DNA of 36,096 bases from Flavobacteriaceae bacterium (lineage in GTDB: Bacteria; Bacteroidota; Bacteroidia; Flavobacteriales; Flavobacteriaceae): positions 1-36,096 of the forward strand of contig CANJDA010000001.1 of the NCBI GenBank assembly GCA_947472705.1, written 5' to 3'. A program made the position numbers and the translations under genes. Shown here piece by piece: positions 28,139 through 36,096 of this stretch. How positions within the stretch are numbered: position 1 is the stretch's first letter; every line of letters starts with the position of its first letter. The notes beneath the pieces are model-generated. The model made no database searches, was not told the DNA's origin, and worked only from the letters and a program-made list of their open reading frames with translations.

Positions 28139-29746
28139 ATGGACTTTATATACCAAGATCCGTATCTAATTCTCAAAGACGATACCCAATACAAAAAAAT
28201 CACTTCTGATTATGTTTCTGTGCAACAATTGGGAGACCGAGAAATACTTACAGTAGACCCTAAAGGATTAGAGTTATTGGCAGAAATCGCCATGAGCGAT
28301 GTGTCGTTCATGTTACGCGCTACACATTTACAAAAGTTAAGAAATATTATAGAAGACCCAGAAGCAACCGACAATGACCGTTTTGTGGCGTATAATTTAT
28401 TACAAAATGCTGTAGTGGCAGTAGAAGGAGAATTGCCTTCATGTCAAGATACCGGAACGGCTATTGTCATGGCAAAGAAAGGGGAGAATGTATTCACTGG
28501 TGCCGATGATGGGGAATGGCTTTCTAAAGGAATTTTTAATACCTATCAAAATCGCAATTTGCGCTATTCTCAAATCGTTCCAATATCCATGTTTGAAGAA
28601 AAGAACTCAGGTTCGAATCTACCAGCTCAGATTGATATTTATGCCAAAAAAGGAGTTTCTTATGAATTCTTGTTCCTGGCCAAAGGAGGAGGATCAGCCA
28701 ACAAAACTTTTTTATACCAAAAAACAAAATCCCTACTTAATGAGAAATCATTAGACGAATTCGTTCGCGAACGCATTATGGATTTGGGGACTTCAGCGTG
28801 TCCACCGTATCACTTAGCAATAGTTATCGGAGGAACTTCAGCCGAAGCTAATTTGGCAGCCGTTAAGAAAGCATCGGCAGGCTATTTTGATAATTTACCC
28901 ACAACGGGAAATATGACGGGACAAGCTTTTCGTGATTTGGAGTGGGAGAAAAGAGTGCAATTGATTTGTCAAGAAAGCCACATTGGAGCTCAGTTTGGCG
29001 GAAAATATTTAACCCATGATGTGCGTGTCATTCGCTTACCACGTCACGCTGCTTCTTGTCCAGTTGGAATGGGGGTTTCGTGTTCTGCCGATAGAAATAT
29101 CAAAGGGAAAATCACCAAAGAAGGAATATTTTTAGAGCAATTAGAAACTAATCCGAAACAATTTTTACCAGAAACCGCCCCTCATTTAGAAGCACCGGTA
29201 GAAATTAATTTAGACCGACCAATGAAAGAAGTATTGGCTGAGTTATCTAATTATCCTATCAAAACCCGTTTGAAATTGAACGGAACACTTATAGTAGCAC
29301 GTGATATTGCTCATGCTAAGATTAAAGAACTATTGGATGCTGGAAAACCAATGCCAGATTATTTCAAAAACCATCCAGTGTATTATGCAGGTCCTGCAAA
29401 AACGCCAGAAGGCATGCCATCAGGAAGTTTCGGGCCGACAACAGCTGGGCGTATGGACGTGTATGTAGACGAGTTCCAAGCAGCAGGAGGAAGTATGATA
29501 ATGCTAGCCAAAGGTAACCGAAGCAAAGAAGTGATGAATGCTTGCAAGAAATACGGAGGATTCTATTTAGGTTCGATAGGAGGACCTGCGGCTATTTTGG
29601 CCAAAGAAAATATACTTTCGGTTGAAGTGGTTGATTTTGAGGAATTGGGAATGGAAGCTGTTCGTAAAATCACCGTGAAAGATTTCCCTGCCTTTATTAT
29701 TACCGATGACAAAGGGAATGATTTCTTTGCTAATTTAAATCATTAA
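28139..29746 (+). CDS. Class I (Fe-S) fumarate hydratase, FumA/FumB type
   Basis: [29 protein letters not shown] and GPTTAGRMD motifs. Confidence 0.97.
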   Translation: MDFIYQDPYLILKDDTQYKKITSDYVSVQQLGDREILTVDPKGLELLAEIAMSDVSFMLRATHLQKLRNIIEDPEATDNDRFVAYNLLQNAVVAVEGELPSCQDTGTAIVMAKKGENVFTGADDGEWLSKGIFNTYQNRNLRYSQIVPISMFEEKNSGSNLPAQIDIYAKKGVSYEFLFLAKGGGSANKTFLYQKTKSLLNEKSLDEFVRERIMDLGTSACPPYHLAIVIGGTSAEANLAAVKKASAGYFDNLPTTGNMTGQAFRDLEWEKRVQLICQESHIGAQFGGKYLTHDVRVIRLPRHAASCPVGMGVSCSADRNIKGKITKEGIFLEQLETNPKQFLPETAPHLEAPVEINLDRPMKEVLAELSNYPIKTRLKLNGTLIVARDIAHAKIKELLDAGKPMPDYFKNHPVYYAGPAKTPEGMPSGSFGPTTAGRMDVYVDEFQAAGGSMIMLAKGNRSKEVMNACKKYGGFYLGSIGGPAAILAKENILSVEVVDFEELGMEAVRKITVKDFPAFIITDDKGNDFFANLNH

Positions 29747-29747
29747 T

Positions 29748-30140
29748 ATGCTGTTCGCAGAAACCTTTTCCGAATTCTACACTAAAGTTGCAGCAAGTTT
29801 AGCCGATGGCACCTTTGCCAAATTAACCTTTGCCAAAACTATTGGGAATACTGATTTGATGAACATTTATATCCGCCCGATAGTAGAGAATGATGTTTTA
29901 CAATTGGAACTTAAATTTAAATTTCAACAAGAAGAAATAGTAGAGTTTTATTCGATAGAAGCAGCTTTTGACCGATTGCTGCCTTTTATTAACAATCCGT
30001 TTTCATCCGTAATTTTATTTACCATCGAATTTGATTTAGTATACAAACTCAACAAGAAAAAAACAGTGAGCATTACGGATCAACCACCAACTTTTGGAAA
30101 TGCATCGCCAGTATTGTTGGAGTATTTGGCATCCAAATAA
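29748..30140 (+). CDS. Hypothetical protein
   Basis: 130-aa ORF with an ATG 1 nt after the fumarase stop, followed by a terminator. Confidence 0.75.
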   Translation: MLFAETFSEFYTKVAASLADGTFAKLTFAKTIGNTDLMNIYIRPIVENDVLQLELKFKFQQEEIVEFYSIEAAFDRLLPFINNPFSSVILFTIEFDLVYKLNKKKTVSITDQPPTFGNASPVLLEYLASK

Positions 30141-30158
30141 TAAGTGAATATTTTCCAT

Positions 30159-30196
30159 AAAAAAACCACAAAATTCAATTTGAGTTTTGTGGTTTT
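30159..30196. terminator. Bidirectional intrinsic terminator
   Basis: AAAACCACAAAATTCA-ATT-TGAGTTTTGTGGTTTT hairpin between convergent genes. Confidence 0.85.
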
Positions 30197-30217
30197 CTGT
30201 TTTTATATTAATGTATA

Positions 30218-30871
30218 TTAAATCACCATCTCCGGAATTTCTCCTTCAATAATCAAATCCGCTTCGGTGGAAGCAATGATGTGTTCAACTGTTACACCCG
30301 GAGCACGCTCTAATAGTTTGAATCCTTTGGGAGTGATTTCCATAACGGCCAATTCGGTTACTACTTTTTTTACGCAGCCCACACCGGTTAAGGGTAAGGT
30401 ACAACGTTTCAAAATTTTGCTCTCACCGGCTTTGTTTACGTGCATCATGGCTACGATGATATTTTCGGCAGAGGCTACTAAATCCATAGCACCTCCCATA
30501 CCTTTGACCATTTTCCCTGGAATTTTCCAGTTGGCTATATCGCCGTTTTCAGCAACTTCCATAGCGCCTAGAATGGTCAAATCTACTTTTTGACTGCGAA
30601 TCATTCCAAAACTGAATGCCGAGTCAAAAAAACTTGCTCCAGGTAAAGTAGTGATAGTTTGTTTCCCGGCATTGATTAGGTCAGCATCTTCTTCTCCTTC
30701 AAAAGGAAAAGGACCCATGCCTAATACCCCGTTTTCACTTTGAAATTCAACCGAAATGTCATGGCGAACATAATTCGCCACCAAGGTCGGAATCCCAATA
30801 CCAAGGTTCACAAAGTATTTGTCTTTCACCTCTTTCGCAATTCGTTTTGCGATATCTTCTTTTGTTAACAT
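30218..30871 (-). CDS. scoB: 3-oxoacid CoA-transferase subunit B
   Basis: VNLGIGIPT, QSENG (catalytic Glu), GMGGAMDL and CTLPLTG motifs. Confidence 0.95.
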   Translation of the reverse strand: MLTKEDIAKRIAKEVKDKYFVNLGIGIPTLVANYVRHDISVEFQSENGVLGMGPFPFEGEEDADLINAGKQTITTLPGASFFDSAFSFGMIRSQKVDLTILGAMEVAENGDIANWKIPGKMVKGMGGAMDLVASAENIIVAMMHVNKAGESKILKRCTLPLTGVGCVKKVVTELAVMEITPKGFKLLERAPGVTVEHIIASTEADLIIEGEIPEMVI

Positions 30872-30903
30872 ATTTGATGATTTGAAAATTTGATGATTTG
30901 AAA
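30872..30903. repeat. Tandem repeat: 4 x 8 bp ATTTGA(TG/AA), equal to 2 x 16 bp ATTTGATGATTTGAAA
   Basis: Read directly; it fills 32 of the 33 bp between the four-helix-bundle stop codon and the scoB start. Confidence 0.9.
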
Positions 30904-30904
30904 A

Positions 30905-31258
30905 TTAAGGCTTCTTGCTAGAGGAGATAATTTTTGAAATAATCAAATGAATGGATTGTAATTCTTTTATAAGCTCTTTATTGGGTGTAGGATAGAAATC
31001 GGAATGCTCACATAGGTCTAACCAATAACTCAATTCATCAGCTTCTTTTGCGGAAATTTTAAATTTATGGATAAAATCGGCTTTGCTTTCCGCATTTTGG
31101 GCCTCTTTTATATTAGCTCCGATAGAAGTACCACTTCTGAAAATTTGTGAAGCCATTTCAAAACGGTTATTTTGACGAATTTCTTCAGAATAAGCAATTA
31201 TTTTTAAAGCAAACTCAAAAGTTAGCTTTACTATCAAATTGTCTTTATCATTCCTCAT
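30905..31258 (-). CDS. Four helix bundle protein (TIGR02436 / 23S rRNA intervening-sequence protein family)
   Basis: QIFRSGTSIGANIKEAQNAESKADFIHKFKISAKEADELSYWLDL signature. ATG at 31258; alternative TTG at 31264. Confidence 0.93.
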   Translation of the reverse strand: MRNDKDNLIVKLTFEFALKIIAYSEEIRQNNRFEMASQIFRSGTSIGANIKEAQNAESKADFIHKFKISAKEADELSYWLDLCEHSDFYPTPNKELIKELQSIHLIISKIISSSKKP

Positions 31259-31266
31259 CTTCAAAT

Positions 31267-31965
31267 TTATCGTTGTCTAACGGTGCGTTGTTCAATACGT
31301 TTCTCAAACTTCTCTCCTTGGAAAATGCGTTGCACCATAATACCAGGAATATGAATTTGATTTGGATCAAGAGAACCTACGGGTAATAATTCTTCTACTT
31401 CGGCAATGGTGATTTTGGCGGCACCTGCCATGCAAGGGTTAAAGTTACGCGCTGTTCCTTTGAAAATAAGATTACCAGCTTCGTCGCCTTTCCAGGCTTT
31501 AACGATAGAGAAATCGGCTTTGTAGGCTAGTTCCATGATGTGCATTTTACCATTGAATTCGCGTACCTCTTTTCCTTCGGCTACTTCGGTTCCGTATCCA
31601 GCAGGAGTGAAGAAGGCAGGAATACCGGCTTGAGCTGCTCTACATTTTTCGGCTAAGGTACCTTGTGGAGTCAGTTCTACTTCCAATTCACCTGAGAGCA
31701 TTTGGCGTTCGAACTCAGCATTTTCGCCAACATAGGACGATATCATTTTTTTTATTTGTCTTTTTTGGAGTAATAATCCTAATCCGAAATCATCTACTCC
31801 GGCATTGTTGGAAATACAGGTAAGTCCAGTGATTTCTTTTTTGACAAGCTCGGCAATGCTGTTTTCTGGGATGCCACAAAGGCCAAATCCTCCAAGCATA
31901 ATAGTCATATTACTCTCAATGCCTTGAAGTGCTTCTTGTACAGAGTTTACTTTTTTGTTAATCAT
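31267..31965 (-). CDS. scoA: 3-oxoacid CoA-transferase subunit A
   Basis: [28 protein letters not shown] and ARNFNP motifs. Confidence 0.95.
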   Translation of the reverse strand: MINKKVNSVQEALQGIESNMTIMLGGFGLCGIPENSIAELVKKEITGLTCISNNAGVDDFGLGLLLQKRQIKKMISSYVGENAEFERQMLSGELEVELTPQGTLAEKCRAAQAGIPAFFTPAGYGTEVAEGKEVREFNGKMHIMELAYKADFSIVKAWKGDEAGNLIFKGTARNFNPCMAGAAKITIAEVEELLPVGSLDPNQIHIPGIMVQRIFQGEKFEKRIEQRTVRQR

Positions 31966-31981
31966 CTTAGTTTGTTATTTT

Positions 31982-32079
31982 TTAGCCCTGATTGTAGCGA
32001 CATCCTTTTTTAAGATTGGTCTGAGTGTTAGCGAAGTCACATCTTAAAAAAGATACAGCGAACAGCAGGAATAAGCTTC
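31982..32079 (+). repeat. Structured intergenic repeat / candidate ncRNA motif, copy 2
   Basis: TTAGCCCTGATTGTAGCGAC...GCGAACAGCAGGAATAAGCTTC, with a perfect 12-bp internal stem (32005-32016 / 32041-32052). Confidence 0.78.
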
Positions 32080-32084
32080 AAATT

Positions 32085-34397
32085 TTACAGTCCAAACTCA
32101 TCGGTATTTTGCTCTTCTTCGTGCACTGCAGTAGAATCGGCTATGGTATCTCTTTTGCGTTCATAACAATCTACTCGTATAGAAAGATTATCCGGTCGTT
32201 GGAAAGCGTCTTTGGATATTTGCAAGTCTTTATCTTCGTAACATTTTTTCATCATAAAGCCCCAAATTGGGAGAGCCGCTGTGGCTCCTTGTCCATAGGT
32301 AATTCCTTTAAAGCGTGCCGAACGGTCTTCACAACCTACCCAAACACCAGTAACTAAGTTTGGAACCATACCGATAAACCAACCATCTGACTGGTTTTGA
32401 GAAGTTCCTGTTTTACCCGCTATGGGATTGGTAAACATATACGGATAGCCTGTCCAACGGTTGTCACCACTCCCTCCTCCTTGAGTTCTTAAACGCACAC
32501 CTGAACCGCTTTCGGTTACTCCTTCGAGTAATTTAATTACTGCGTAGGCGATGTCTTTGTTAAGTACGTCACGGGTTTCGGGTGCTGGTTCGTATAAAAT
32601 CACACCGTTTTTATCTTCAATACGACTGATAAATTGTGGTTTTACATATACCCCTTGATTAGCAAAAGTGCTGTAGGCTGCTACCATATCTTCAACAGTG
32701 ATGTCAACAGCTCCAAGAGCAATAGAAGGTTGAGCAGGGATTTCCGATTTTACACCTAGTTTTTTGGTCATAGTAACTACGGCTTCGGGTCCTGTTTTGT
32801 CAATTAATTTGGCTGAAATTGTATTTATCGAAAGAGCTAAAGCTTTTTTAAGAGTTACCATACCACGGTATTTTCGATCGGAATTTTTAGGTTCCCAGTC
32901 CTCGGTAACATTATGGCGTCCTTTGTGAATCATGAACGGACCGTCAATAATAGTGTCGCAAGGCGACATTCCCAATTGTTCTATTGCGGTAGCATACACA
33001 AACGGTTTGAATGTAGAACCTACTTGTCGAGCTCCTTGCCCTACGTGATCGTATTGGAAATATTTATAATCAATTCCACCAACCCAAGCTTTGATGTGCC
33101 CAGTTTGAGGTTCCATCGACATTAATCCAGCTTGAAGGAAGTGTTTGAAATAACGGATGGAATCCATAGGAGTCATCAGTGTATCAATTTCACCTTTCCA
33201 AGAGAAGATTTTCATTTTGGTTTTGACATTGAATGAAGCGGTAATCTCTTCATCGGTTTTGTCTAAATCCTTCATTACACGCCATCGTTCCGAAGATTTC
33301 ATGGCTTTATCCATGATGCTTTTGGTTTCGGCATCTGTAATGTTTACAAAGGGAGCATTCTTATTGTCTTTTTGTTGGGAGAAAAATTCTTGTTGTAAAT
33401 TTTTCATGTGGGCACTAACGGCTTCTTCAGCATGTTCCTGTATTTTCGAATCGATAGTGGTGTAAATTTTTAATCCGTCACTGTAAATATCGTAATCACT
33501 GCCATCAGGCTTTTTGTTTTCTTTGGCCCAATTTTTCATGTATTCGCGAAGGAACTCACGGAAATAAGTAGCAGTACCTTCTTTATGACTTTCAGGATGG
33601 AAGTGCAAAATGATAGGTTGAAGCGCTAAGGAATCTTTAGTTTTAGCATCCAAAATGTGATTACGTACCATTTGGCCTAAAACTGTATTTCTTCGGTCAC
33701 GTACTTTTTCAATTCGGCGTAAAGGATTGTAAAGCGAAGGGTTTTTTAACATCCCTACAAACATAGCTGCTTCATCAACGGTTAAATCACGTGGTTCTTT
33801 TCCGAAATATACTTTTGAAGCAGAACGGATTCCCACAGCGGTATTCACAAAATCGGCCTTGTTGAGATACATGGCGATGATTTCGTTTTTAGTATATTGT
33901 CTTTCCAACTTAATAGCAATAATCCACTCTTTTACTTTTTGAATGATACGGAACGGTTTGAAACTTGAGCCTTCTCCGTGGAAAAGCAATTTGGCCAACT
34001 GTTGGGTTAACGTACTGGCACCCCCATTGGAACCTAATTTTAAAGCGGCACCAAAAGTTCTACGAGCATCAATGCCAGAGTGTTCATAGAATCGTTCATC
34101 TTCGGTAGCGACTAGTGCTTTTACTAAACTTTGAGGTAAATCTTCGTATTTAATTGGAGTTCGGTTTTCATTATAAAATTTCCCGATAGTTACTCCGTCT
34201 GATGAAATGATTTCGGTAGCTAGGTTTGATTCGGGGTTTTCTAAATCTTCAAAAGAAGGCATGCTTCCGAAAAATCCCCAAGAAGCTAGAGTGAAAAACA
34301 AAATCATTACGCCAAGTCCGTAAAAAAACAACTTCCAAAATTTATTTTTGTAGTAGTTGAGGTCTTTAATAGTTGCTGTTGTATTCTTTTGTGCCAT
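32085..34397 (-). CDS. mrcA: Penicillin-binding protein 1A (class A; transglycosylase and transpeptidase)
   Basis: N-terminal TM anchor; EDERFYEHSG and GASTLTQQLAK (TG domain); STFK, SIN and KTG (TP domain). Confidence 0.93.
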   Translation of the reverse strand: MAQKNTTATIKDLNYYKNKFWKLFFYGLGVMILFFTLASWGFFGSMPSFEDLENPESNLATEIISSDGVTIGKFYNENRTPIKYEDLPQSLVKALVATEDERFYEHSGIDARRTFGAALKLGSNGGASTLTQQLAKLLFHGEGSSFKPFRIIQKVKEWIIAIKLERQYTKNEIIAMYLNKADFVNTAVGIRSASKVYFGKEPRDLTVDEAAMFVGMLKNPSLYNPLRRIEKVRDRRNTVLGQMVRNHILDAKTKDSLALQPIILHFHPESHKEGTATYFREFLREYMKNWAKENKKPDGSDYDIYSDGLKIYTTIDSKIQEHAEEAVSAHMKNLQQEFFSQQKDNKNAPFVNITDAETKSIMDKAMKSSERWRVMKDLDKTDEEITASFNVKTKMKIFSWKGEIDTLMTPMDSIRYFKHFLQAGLMSMEPQTGHIKAWVGGIDYKYFQYDHVGQGARQVGSTFKPFVYATAIEQLGMSPCDTIIDGPFMIHKGRHNVTEDWEPKNSDRKYRGMVTLKKALALSINTISAKLIDKTGPEAVVTMTKKLGVKSEIPAQPSIALGAVDITVEDMVAAYSTFANQGVYVKPQFISRIEDKNGVILYEPAPETRDVLNKDIAYAVIKLLEGVTESGSGVRLRTQGGGSGDNRWTGYPYMFTNPIAGKTGTSQNQSDGWFIGMVPNLVTGVWVGCEDRSARFKGITYGQGATAALPIWGFMMKKCYEDKDLQISKDAFQRPDNLSIRVDCYERKRDTIADSTAVHEEEQNTDEFGL

Positions 34398-34403
34398 AAT
34401 TTT

Positions 34404-34889
34404 TTATTCTGTAGATTCAATTCTAAAGCCTACATCGGTTATGCCGGGAAGGGCATCTACCCCTTCAATTTTTCCGGTTTGTCTTACCGCTTGTTTGATG
34501 TGGATTTTATAAAGCCCTTTTTGGGTAAAATGCTCTTTATCTTTGTAAAATAATTTATTTTCTTTGATGTCTGAAAACCCGCTACCAAGTAATGTCCCAT
34601 CAGGATTGGTCATCTGATATTCTAATGTATCTACTTTTACTTTGTGATTAGGTTGTTCCAAAGACACAATTAAAAACATATTGTTGAACGGATAATCATC
34701 GTTGTCTCTAACATTGACGTACATGTTATAGGCTTTATTCGCTTCTAATTGAGGCAAATCAAAAGTCACCACACTATCTTTGTGCCAAGCATTTCCCACA
34801 GATTTATATTCATCAAAAACTCTCTTTTTGTCGCAGGAGATGACCAAAAGCAGTAGTAAAACAAAAAGGATACTATTTTTTATCTTCAT
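34404..34889 (-). CDS. gldH: Gliding motility lipoprotein GldH
   Basis: Lipobox VIS|CDKKRVFDEY, YPFNNMFLIV, DTLEY and GITDVGFRIE motifs; PSP1-gldH-PBP1A gene order. Confidence 0.92.
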   Translation of the reverse strand: MKIKNSILFVLLLLLVISCDKKRVFDEYKSVGNAWHKDSVVTFDLPQLEANKAYNMYVNVRDNDDYPFNNMFLIVSLEQPNHKVKVDTLEYQMTNPDGTLLGSGFSDIKENKLFYKDKEHFTQKGLYKIHIKQAVRQTGKIEGVDALPGITDVGFRIESTE

Positions 34890-36096
34890 TCTTTTTAAGA
34901 ATTATAGGTCTTTTTTCTTGTGACTTTTGGTTTTGCCCTTTGTTTTGTTCCCCATTCTGATTTTGCGACCTAGCCTTATTTTTATTTCTGTTTTTATTTT
35001 TGCTTTTTCTAGGTTGGTCAAAACGAGTTAAACTCTCTTGTCCCATGGCGTTATTGAAATCTTTTTCAGGTTCAGCCACAATTTCGATTGCAAAGTCTTC
35101 TAGCGAACTTACCTTTTGACCTTGCTTGTTTTGTAATACAATTTCTTTTACTTGTTCAATATTTAATACGTGCCAATTCGCAAAATTATCAAAATAAGCA
35201 AACCACATTAACCCTTTGAAAATGTCTTGTTTTTGACAAACAGCATCGCCTTTCTCGGTTTTTAATTTGGTTTCAAAATCAGGAAAATCTTTTAGAGCAT
35301 CCATGTAAGTGTCTAACTCATAGTTAAGACAACATTTTAATTTTCCGCATTGACCTGCTAGTTTTTGTGGATTCAAAGACAACTGTTGGTAACGTGCTGC
35401 CGATGTATTGACACTTCTAAAATCAGTTAACCAAGTTGAACAACACAATTCTCTACCACAAGATCCAATTCCACCCAAACGCGAAGCTTCTTGGCGGAAA
35501 CCCACTTGTTTCATCTCGATACGGGTACTGAATTCACGCGCATAATCTTTAATCAAAAGTCGAAAATCGACACGGTCATTGGCAGTGTAATAGAAAGTCA
35601 CTTTGGAACCATCCCCTTGAAATTCGATATCTGAAATTTTCATTTCCAGTTTATGAGCAATAGCCAATTCACGGGCTTTTACTTTCATCGGCTCTTCTTT
35701 GTCGCGAGAATCACTCCATATATCGATATCTTTTTGGGAAGCTTTTCGGTATACTTTCGCAATTTCGGGGCTGGTGTGATTTACGCCTTTTTTCTTCATT
35801 TGAATTTTTACCAATTCGCCTGTAAGGGTTACAATCCCCATATCATGGCCTGGGGAAGCTTCAGTAGCTACCACATCGCCAATGCTTAGAGTAAGTTTTT
35901 CAGTATTGCGGTAAAATTCTTTTCGGCCGTTTTTGAAGCGTACTTCGATGCAGTCAAACGGAGTTTCACCATTAGGCAAACTCATATTGGCCAGCCAATC
36001 GAAAACGGTTAATTTGTTGCAGCTATCGGTGCCGCAAGTCCCATTATTTTTGCATCCTTTAGGTGCGCCACCATCAGATGTTGAACAACTTTGACA
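34873..36096 (-). CDS. PSP1-domain protein (YaaT/RicT family), 5' end outside the window
   Basis: TFYYTA..RVDFR, GGIGSCGRELCC and AGQCGKLKCCL motifs. The frame is open to the window edge (CQSCSTSDGGAPKGCKNNGTCGTDSCNKLTVFDWLANM). Confidence 0.93.
   Translation of the reverse strand, partial: CQSCSTSDGGAPKGCKNNGTCGTDSCNKLTVFDWLANMSLPNGETPFDCIEVRFKNGRKEFYRNTEKLTLSIGDVVATEASPGHDMGIVTLTGELVKIQMKKKGVNHTSPEIAKVYRKASQKDIDIWSDSRDKEEPMKVKARELAIAHKLEMKISDIEFQGDGSKVTFYYTANDRVDFRLLIKDYAREFSTRIEMKQVGFRQEASRLGGIGSCGRELCCSTWLTDFRSVNTSAARYQQLSLNPQKLAGQCGKLKCCLNYELDTYMDALKDFPDFETKLKTEKGDAVCQKQDIFKGLMWFAYFDNFANWHVLNIEQVKEIVLQNKQGQKVSSLEDFAIEIVAEPEKDFNNAMGQESLTRFDQPRKSKNKNRNKNKARSQNQNGEQNKGQNQKSQEKRPIILKKNEDKK

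Noticed and set aside
30872-30903. Tandem repeat considered as a CRISPR array
   Set aside because: The units are 8/16 bp with no spacers, and there are no cas genes.
32017-32040. CTGAG...CGAAG considered as a hammerhead ribozyme core
   Set aside because: It lacks the CUGAnGA and GAAA consensus and the three-stem arrangement.
1837-35889. Many short alternative-frame or antisense ORFs in the track (e.g. 1837-2019, 2435-2845, 4085-5518, 6776-7324, 23810-24010, 26826-27786, 28464-28754, 30267-30593, 32025-32357, 33157-33465, 35653-35889)
   Set aside because: All lie within or opposite well-supported genes, have no recognisable motifs and mostly use non-ATG starts; they are shadow ORFs.

Overview
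AT-rich chromosomal segment of a Bacteroidota bacterium, very likely a Flavobacterium (gldH, a T9SS-CTD protein, TAnnTTTG -7 promoter elements, no clear Shine-Dalgarno sites). It is mostly core genome: partial dprA, trpS, two PlsC-type acyltransferases, an ECF sigma/anti-sigma/lipoprotein operon, recA, a soluble acyl-ACP desaturase, a large haem biosynthesis cluster (hemJ-hemH-AraC divergent from hemA-C-D-E-[GNAT]-F-B), cytochrome c, ogt, a 3'-5' exonuclease, a secreted S8 protease, SpmAB, class I fumarase, scoB-[four-helix-bundle gene]-scoA, PBP1A, gldH and a partial PSP1/RicT gene. I found no rRNA, tRNA, CRISPR array, prophage or transposase. The most interesting signals are: (1) two copies of a structured intergenic element with a compensatory base-pair change and swappable internal hairpins (21631-21710, 31982-32079); (2) a four-helix-bundle gene between scoA and scoB, bracketed by an 8-bp tandem array and an inverted copy of it; (3) a dual-membrane-spanning anti-sigma architecture; (4) a candidate metal-repressor -> AraC -> haem operon cascade readable from the intergenic DNA; (5) a probable frameshifted gene at 440-1661. 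All calls come from reading the sequence and recognising motifs; no database searches were run.
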